Of a stretch of 64,000 nucleotides of DNA, positions 58,668 to 64,000 are shown piece by piece. Numbering within the stretch: position 1 is the first letter of the stretch; each line of letters opens with the position of its first letter. This DNA comes from an uncultured bacterium (GTDB taxonomy: Bacteria > Desulfobacterota > Deferrimicrobia > J040). The translations under genes and the position numbers were made by a program. The notes beneath the pieces are model-generated. The model ran no database searches. It saw nothing but the letters and a program-made list of their open reading frames with translations, and had not been told where the DNA came from. The stretch spans positions 9,471 to 73,470 of the forward strand of contig CAYFXN010000002.1 of the NCBI GenBank assembly GCA_964347065.1. Reading direction: 5' to 3'.

Positions 58668-60103
58668 GGTTTGGCCCGGCAGAATCGCTTTCTCGCGAAT
58701 CGGTACAGCTTCAGCCATTCTTTATAGTATGCTCCGGCGTCGGCAGGAGCCTTCCCCCGGATGAGCCGAAAATTCTTCCTCTTTCCAGGGTACGGCACCC
58801 CGTCTCCGAGGACCATCGCTGCAAGCGCCGCACCTAAAGCCGTCATCTCCGTGATCATCGAGCGGTAAACAGGCTTTCCGAGCAGATCCCGCAGAAACCG
58901 CGACACTCCTTCTATGGCCGAGATGCCCCCCGATACGACGTATTCGCCGGCATCGAATCCCGAACGCCCCATGGCCTCGTCGATGAGCCGGAAATAGCAG
59001 AGGGAACCGAAAAGAGACGAGGCCAGAAGTTCGTCTCCGCCTGTATCGCCCCCCATCCCCGATACAGCTGCGGGAAAGGGCGGGTCCCAGAGCGGTGCGC
59101 CCGTGCCCCTTTGGCCGAACACGATAACGGGGTACGACCCTTGTTCCAGTCTCCCCGCCGTGAATCTTTTTCCCAGAATGCTCTCGAAGTAGCGGAGGGC
59201 ATCGGACACAGCGTTCACTGTTCCCTCCAGCAGGAGGAAGGGCTTCCCCTTATCGGTGTGGCTGAGCGTCATGATCAGGTCTTTTGCACGGTCGGGTAGC
59301 TCCGTAACGGGGACCAGAAGAAATCCCCCCGTGCCTAGGTTGATGAGCCCCCTCCCCGTCTCCCATCCGGAAGAGCCGAAGAAAGCCGCCTGCTGGTCCC
59401 CCGTCGAGGTGACGATGGGGGTGCTCATACCTTTCACCGAAACTTCCCCAAAATGGCCAGCTGTATCCCTCACTTCCGGAAGCCTGACATTCCCGGGAAC
59501 GGAAAAAAAGCGGAGGAGCTCCTCGGAAAAGGCGAGGGTTCGAATGTTAAAGAGAAGGGTCCGCTGTGCGTTCGCCGGGTCCGTGGCGAAAACCTTCCCT
59601 CCCGTAAGCCGGTACATGAGAAATGTGTTGACCGTCCCGAAAAGGATTTCATTTTGGCGGGACGGCAGGTACTGCTTCATTTTCAATGCGCTGTAATAGG
59701 GCGTCAGCGGAAGTCCGGTTATTTTTTTGATCCTCTTTACGTGGTGATCGAGAGAAGGAATTCGACCCGCGCCCGAGGTATCCCTCCACGATATGACGGG
59801 CGTGAGCGCCCTGCCCTTTCTGTCGAAAAAAAGAAAGGAGCTCCGCTGGGTTGCCAGGCCCAGGCCGCGTATCTTCATGTTTCTTTCACGGGCAAAGGTA
59901 ATCGATTCCGAAAGAGCCGATCTGACAGAGCGGACAACTGCCCGGGGATCCTGATGAACTCTCGGTCCCGATTCGGAGGTCGCCACAGACCTGCGGGCCT
60001 GATGGAGCACCTCTCCCCGCTGGGTGACGACGAGCACCTTCGTGGCCGTGCTGCCCTGGTCCAGCCCCAGGTATGCCTCTTTATTCCGTCCACTTTTTTT
60101 CAT
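58655..60103 (-). CDS. FGGY-family carbohydrate kinase (glycerol/xylulose kinase-like)
   Basis: 'LGLDQGSTATKVLV', 'HQDP', 'LGLATQRSSFLFFD' parallel glycerol-kinase motifs ('DQGTTS', 'EHDP', 'ITNQRETT..WD'). Confidence 0.75.
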   Translation of the reverse strand: MKKSGRNKEAYLGLDQGSTATKVLVVTQRGEVLHQARRSVATSESGPRVHQDPRAVVRSVRSALSESITFARERNMKIRGLGLATQRSSFLFFDRKGRALTPVISWRDTSGAGRIPSLDHHVKRIKKITGLPLTPYYSALKMKQYLPSRQNEILFGTVNTFLMYRLTGGKVFATDPANAQRTLLFNIRTLAFSEELLRFFSVPGNVRLPEVRDTAGHFGEVSVKGMSTPIVTSTGDQQAAFFGSSGWETGRGLINLGTGGFLLVPVTELPDRAKDLIMTLSHTDKGKPFLLLEGTVNAVSDALRYFESILGKRFTAGRLEQGSYPVIVFGQRGTGAPLWDPPFPAAVSGMGGDTGGDELLASSLFGSLCYFRLIDEAMGRSGFDAGEYVVSGGISAIEGVSRFLRDLLGKPVYRSMITEMTALGAALAAMVLGDGVPYPGKRKNFRLIRGKAPADAGAYYKEWLKLYRFARKRFCRAKPQTE

Positions 60104-60256
60104 CCTCAGAGAATTATACAACCTTGCGGGCGGGAGTAAATCCTCCAATGGGAAAAAGACGGGTCCCCCTCTCTCCGCTCCTCTCCCCGCACAATCGACT
60201 TGATAATTCATGGAAAAAATATTACGATTGAACTCCTAAGATCTTTTACACATATT

Positions 60257-60344
60257 GCCGAAGTGGTGGAACCTGGTAGACACGCCATCTTGAGGGGGTG
60301 GTGGGCTAAAACCCGTGCGGGTTCGAGTCCCGCCTTCGGCACCA
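60257..60344 (+). tRNA. tRNA-Leu (anticodon GAG), type II with long variable arm
   Basis: Cloverleaf folded by hand: acceptor GCCGAAG/CTTCGGC; T-arm GCGGG-TTCGAGT-CCCGC; anticodon loop TTGAGGG; 15-nt variable arm; 3' ACCA; 88 nt. Confidence 0.8.
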
Positions 60345-60355
60345 ACAAAACTATG

Positions 60356-60384
60356 AAGCCGGCTGACGCCGGCTTTATTGTTTG
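60356..60384 (+). terminator. Rho-independent terminator after tRNA-Leu
   Basis: AAGCCGGC-TGAC-GCCGGCTT hairpin followed by TATTGTTTG. Confidence 0.6.
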
Positions 60385-60469
60385 TCCAGAGTCTCGAGTC
60401 CCGGGGTCAGAGCAAAACCAGTTCAAGGTTCACAATTTCCCGTTCCCGAATCCTCATTTCGATTGTTTA

Positions 60470-60660
60470 GCTTTTCATTCCGCATTCCGCGCTCCGAATT
60501 CCGCATTACCGTCCTGGCAGTTTTTTCTGCTTTCCGGTTTTCTCGGAACTCTGAACGTGAAACGCGGAACTGATGTTCTGCCATCTGATTTTCTCTGGAC
60601 TCTGGACTATGGATTCTGGACTATGAAATATGAACTGGCAAGTTGTACTTGCCGGCTCTT
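60470..60660. repeat. Block of short tandem/direct 7-mer repeats plus a palindromic hairpin downstream of tRNA-Leu
   Basis: ATTCCGC occurs three times (60476-60505); CTGGACT occurs three times (60590-60625); GGCAAGTTGTACTTGCC palindrome at about 60637-60653. Confidence 0.4.
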
Positions 60661-60759
60661 GCCGAAAAAAGCCGCGTCTTCTTGCATTTGTTTCGGCGAG
60701 AAGTTACCGTAAAAACCATGAATCAAAACTGAAGGTAAGCTCATTATCAGGAGGAAGGG

Positions 60760-60933
60760 ATGGATAAAAAAGACGTCATGAAAATCACCGCAGCGATCTT
60801 GACCCACTCGGTGGTATCCCACCTGCCGCCGGGAACGCTCACGCCTGTCCGGCTGCCCGAACAGGTTTCCACAGAAGTGAAAAAGATTTATGAAACTCTG
60901 TATAAATCGCTCAATGCGCCGGACATGGATTGA
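60760..60933 (+). CDS. Hypothetical small protein (57 aa)
   Basis: AGGAGGAAGGG RBS immediately upstream of the ATG; below the ORF-track length cut-off; no motif recognised. Confidence 0.35.
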   Translation: MDKKDVMKITAAILTHSVVSHLPPGTLTPVRLPEQVSTEVKKIYETLYKSLNAPDMD

Positions 60934-61193
60934 GGAAGCCGCTGCCTGTCAGACAACCCCTGTTACACGGTACAGTATAAAATTGAGCGGAAATCCCATC
61001 CCTGCATGAATCGATTTCATTCCAGCCGAAATAGCGGCGGGGCAATACATATTTTTATTAACACGAAGTTGATAAGTTGCACAAAATGGCTCTTTCCGCC
61101 TTCGGCTCCATCATTTCACATCCAAATCGCGTGGCGGAAAATTCCGTTTCTCAAGAACCACTGCAGGAGAGGAAAATGTTCACTACACTGGAC

Positions 61194-61225
61194 AAATTAT
61201 ATTGCTTTCATTAAATTATATTGCT
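61194..61225 (+). promoter_or_regulatory. Two direct 13-bp repeats (AAATTATATTGCT, 19 bp apart) in the promoter region of the lysine-rich protein gene
   Basis: Exact duplicate copies at 61194-61206 and 61213-61225 in an AT-rich region; TTGCTT-N17-TATGTT promoter-like spacing overlaps the repeats. Confidence 0.3.
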
Positions 61226-61257
61226 ATGTTAATAAAAACTTCGTAAAGGAGGCGTAG

Positions 61258-61506
61258 ATGGCTTTTTTCCAGAGAATCGGAAGCGCAACCTACCACACAA
61301 CCGAGGCCTGTTCGAAGGTCCCGAAAAATGTCAATGTGAACAAAGCGTGGAGAGCGCCGAAGTCGAGACCGAAAGGCAAAAAATGCGCTGAATGCGAGAA
61401 TAAAACCAGAAAGCCGGCGAAGAAAAAGGTAGCGAAGAAAAAAGCTGCACCGAAGAAGTCAGCGAGAAAAAAGCCGGCGGCTAGGAAAAAGGCGAAGAAA
61501 AAATAA
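61258..61506 (+). CDS. Lysine/alanine-rich histone H1-like basic protein with a His/Cys-containing N-terminal module
   Basis: AAGGAGG RBS; C-terminal 'KPAKKKVAKKKAAPKKSARKKPAARKKAKKK' tail; N-terminal H13, C18, C43, C46 may form a Zn knuckle. Confidence 0.6.
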   Translation: MAFFQRIGSATYHTTEACSKVPKNVNVNKAWRAPKSRPKGKKCAECENKTRKPAKKKVAKKKAAPKKSARKKPAARKKAKKK

Positions 61507-61562
61507 CGGGCAACCCCTGAATTAACTCACCGATAATTTTCTCGCAACGACAGATATAATTT

Positions 61563-61589
61563 GGGGGGAGTGGTGTTTCCACTCCCCCC
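61563..61589. terminator. Strong GC hairpin (GGGGGGAGTGG-TGTTT-CCACTCCCCCC) between convergent genes
   Basis: 11-bp perfect inverted repeat; no clear U-tract on either strand. Confidence 0.4.
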
Positions 61590-61644
61590 ACTAAACGCCT
61601 TCCTCTTCTTAACCTTGCCGAATATTTTCCCCGGATCCATTTTC

Positions 61645-62847
61645 TCATTTTTCACCCGGCCCACTGAAATCGTTTATTACCTTTAAATCCACCAGCCGGG
61701 AAACTTCTTTCTCTCCCAATCCGAGGCCGAACAGTATTTCCCTGTTGTGCTCACCCAGGTAAGGCGCGCGCATCCTTATACTGCCTGATGAATCGGAAAA
61801 TTTTAACGGGAAACCGGGCTGCCTGATTTCCCCAAAATCGGGATGACTCGTGTTAATAATCATCTCCCGTGCGATCGTGTGCGGGTCATCAAAGGCCTCG
61901 GCAAAATCGTGAACGGCACTCACACAAACATCCTCCCCCTCGAACATCTCCATCCACTCTGCCCTTTCTCTTTTTCCGAACTCCCCCTGCAACTCATCCC
62001 TGATCTTCCCTTCCGCATCAGGAACGGTTGCATTCCCCGCAAGGTCGGGCCTTCCGAGAATCACACAGAGCCTGTCGAAAAACCACTCCTCAAGGGCCCC
62101 GACGCTCAAGTACCTGCCGTCCTTACACCGGTAAATGGCATACCCGGGCAGGAGCCCGGTGAGGGGCATCTCTCCCCTCCTTGGAACCTCATTCGTCATC
62201 AGGTAGGAAGCGGCGTGGACGGAAAGCCATGAGAGAGCGCCGTCGAACATGGACACATCCACGTATTGTCCCTTTCCGGCGCTTACCCTGGCGAGAAGTG
62301 CCATGAGAATACCGGTAACCGCCATCAATGAGCCGCCCCCGAGGTCGGCTACCTGGACGGGGGGGATGACCGGCGCTCTCCCCTTCTCGCCGCAGATGCC
62401 GAGAATTCCGGCGAGGGAGATGTAATTGAGATCGTGGGCTGCTTGATTTTTCCGGGGGCCCGTCTGACCGAAACCCGATATGGAGCAGTAAACGATACGG
62501 GGATTTATTTCGGTCACTCTCTCGTAATCGACACCGAGCCTGCTCGCAACGCCGGGCCTGAACCCTTCCAGGACAACGTCAGCTTCCGACGCCAGCCGGT
62601 AGAATATCTCCTTGCCCTCCTCGCTCTTGAGGTTCAGCGTGAGACTTTTCTTGTTCCTGTTCAAGTATATCTCGCCGGGCGAAACCCCCGGACCGCGGGA
62701 CTCGCCGAAGCTCATTCTCTTTCTCGGGTAGGGCTCGTCGATCTTGATGACCTCCGCTCCGTAATCAGCCATGATCATCGAGCAGAAGGGGCCGGGCAGT
62801 TGAAGTGAAAGGTCGAGAACTTTTATGCCATCAAGCAATCCTCCCAT
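61645..62847 (-). CDS. Family III CoA-transferase (CaiB/BaiF family)
   Basis: 'GIKVLDLS....GPFCSMIMADYGAEVIKIE' N-terminus and the conserved Asp region 'VQVADLGGG'. Confidence 0.85.
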   Translation of the reverse strand: MGGLLDGIKVLDLSLQLPGPFCSMIMADYGAEVIKIDEPYPRKRMSFGESRGPGVSPGEIYLNRNKKSLTLNLKSEEGKEIFYRLASEADVVLEGFRPGVASRLGVDYERVTEINPRIVYCSISGFGQTGPRKNQAAHDLNYISLAGILGICGEKGRAPVIPPVQVADLGGGSLMAVTGILMALLARVSAGKGQYVDVSMFDGALSWLSVHAASYLMTNEVPRRGEMPLTGLLPGYAIYRCKDGRYLSVGALEEWFFDRLCVILGRPDLAGNATVPDAEGKIRDELQGEFGKRERAEWMEMFEGEDVCVSAVHDFAEAFDDPHTIAREMIINTSHPDFGEIRQPGFPLKFSDSSGSIRMRAPYLGEHNREILFGLGLGEKEVSRLVDLKVINDFSGPGEK

Positions 62848-62921
62848 ACCTGTCTCCTCTATTGCATTTCATCACAGTTGTCATTGATACCAACCGTGTA
62901 AAATTTTAAGATATAGGCTGA

Positions 62922-63704
62922 ATGAACTTGAATCAAGCGGCAACTGGTATGGGAAATACGCAAGGATATATATTTCTATCGGATGCTCACCTAAACGATT
63001 TCGATGAGCATACTGAAGCATTCTCTTCGCTCCTTCGGAACTCATGCGAGGAGAGGGTGGAGGTGTTTCTCCTCGGTGATATTTTCGACCTCTGGTTCGG
63101 GAAGAAAACGCTCACCTTCCCCTTTCAGGAAAAGGTGATCAATGAGATCATATCTCTTGCGGAAAGAGGGCTGAGGATCCACTATGTTGAGGGAAACCGG
63201 GATTTTTTCCTCGTCGATTCGTGGGTGGAAAAGCACTTCACCACGATCTCTGATACGGAGCTTGCCGTGACGATAGGCGGGAAAAACATTCTCCTGCTCC
63301 ACGGTGACACGGTCAACACGCACGACCTTCAATACCGCTTCTGGAGATATATCTCGAAAAACCCCCTGGTCTATTCACTCTTTTCCGTCATCCCTTCCGG
63401 CATCGCACTGCCGCTTGCCGGGAGGTTCGAGAGGTCGCTGAAGAAAACAAACCCCCGGTTCAGGTACAACTTCCCGGAAGATGAAGGGAAAGCGTTCGCA
63501 TCGAGACTTTTCCGGAAGGGCATCGATCTCGTCATCATCGGTCACTACCACCAGGAGAAGGTGATCGAGTTTTCGGACCACGGCCCCCACAAGATGCTCG
63601 TATGCCTCCCCATGTGGAGGATGGAACGGAGGTACTTCTACATTAACAGGGAGGGAGAATTCGGTTTCAAAAACTTCACCGCCGATGATCCCCTCATCGC
63701 CTGA
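62922..63704 (+). CDS. LpxH-like calcineurin-type metallophosphoesterase (UDP-2,3-diacylglucosamine hydrolase family)
   Basis: 'IFLSDAHL', 'FLLGDIFDLWFG', 'EGNRDF', 'LLHGD' metallophosphoesterase motifs; the start may instead be at 62949. Confidence 0.75.
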   Translation: MNLNQAATGMGNTQGYIFLSDAHLNDFDEHTEAFSSLLRNSCEERVEVFLLGDIFDLWFGKKTLTFPFQEKVINEIISLAERGLRIHYVEGNRDFFLVDSWVEKHFTTISDTELAVTIGGKNILLLHGDTVNTHDLQYRFWRYISKNPLVYSLFSVIPSGIALPLAGRFERSLKKTNPRFRYNFPEDEGKAFASRLFRKGIDLVIIGHYHQEKVIEFSDHGPHKMLVCLPMWRMERRYFYINREGEFGFKNFTADDPLIA

Positions 63705-63723
63705 ATCATTCACAGCACACAGA

Positions 63724-64000
63724 TTATGAGCTCTCTTTTCCAGACAGATGGGAAAGTTTCCGGGCCTCACGCTCCCGGTAAACTTCGATGAACAGCTTCA
63801 CGACATGGGGGTCGAACTGTCCTCCCGCATTTTTCTCGAGCTCCGAAATAGCTTCCTTGTCGGTCAACGCCTTTCTATAGGGGCGGTCAGATGTCATCGA
63901 ATCGAAGGCATCCGCCACGGCGAGAATTCTTCCCTCCAGCGTGAGCTCTTCCTTCTTCGTTCCGCTCGGGTAGCCCTCTCCGTTGTACCGTTCGTGGTGC
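63724..64000 (-). CDS. HD-GYP domain protein, C-terminal part (gene continues beyond the window end)
   Basis: Reverse translation of the window end gives 'HHERYNGEGYPSG...ILAVADAFDSMTSDRPYRKA', the HD-GYP signature. Confidence 0.75.
   Translation of the reverse strand, partial: HHERYNGEGYPSGTKKEELTLEGRILAVADAFDSMTSDRPYRKALTDKEAISELEKNAGGQFDPHVVKLFIEVYREREARKLSHLSGKESS

Noticed and set aside
60470-60660. Possible CRISPR array
   Set aside because: The repeats are only 7 nt and directly tandem or near-tandem, without 25-40-bp repeats or unique spacers. The window contains no cas genes.
60200-61260. Integrated mobile element at tRNA-Leu
   Set aside because: There is no integrase, excisionase or transposase, and no duplicated tRNA 3' segment within the window. 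Composition is uniform. It is kept only as a low-interest finding.

Overview
Ordinary chromosomal segment of about 64 kb and roughly 52% GC with uniform composition. Gene content (nifS and an IscU-type nifU, small ferritin-like proteins, two HD-GYP proteins, several acyl-CoA ligases, a family III CoA-transferase) suggests an anaerobic, possibly deltaproteobacterial or syntrophic organism, but that is inference only. Coding density is high, with about 70 supported CDS on both strands; most are housekeeping genes: ComF-family phosphoribosyltransferase, C-N hydrolase, RfaE-II heptose adenylyltransferase, class V aminotransferase, MltD-like lytic transglycosylase, tRNA-modification enzymes (TrmN6-like, TsaC, TrmO-like), purE-purD-purH, a MlaFED-like lipid transporter, alr, cysS, the nifS-nifU Fe-S module with a TlpA-like thioredoxin and an Nfu domain protein, adenine deaminase with an NCS2 permease, an AcuC/AcuB-like operon, uppP, phosphomannomutase, ACT-malic enzyme, an HD-GYP response regulator, ychF, a PIG-L deacetylase, patatin, an FGGY kinase, a CoA-transferase and an LpxH-like hydrolase. 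One tRNA-Leu(GAG) at 60257-60344 is followed by a clean rho-independent terminator and a block of short tandem repeats. I found no CRISPR array, integrase, transposase or prophage gene. The items most worth a second look are listed here. (1) A GspE/PilB-like protein that keeps its N- and C-terminal modules but has an ablated P-loop, a predicted pseudo-ATPase, divergent from a coiled-coil lipoprotein gene. (2) A minus-strand cassette of long-chain acyl-CoA ligase, TrmO-like protein, unknown (possibly GNAT-like) protein and a secreted LysM protein. (3) Two paralogous ~65-aa half-ferritin (single E..ExxH) mini-proteins bracketing nifS-nifU. (4) A lysine-rich histone-H1-like protein with a His/Cys N-terminus and duplicated 13-bp upstream repeats. 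(5) A COG2509-like FAD oxidoreductase paired with a GHMP kinase. All functional calls rest on motifs I recognised by eye; no database search was run.
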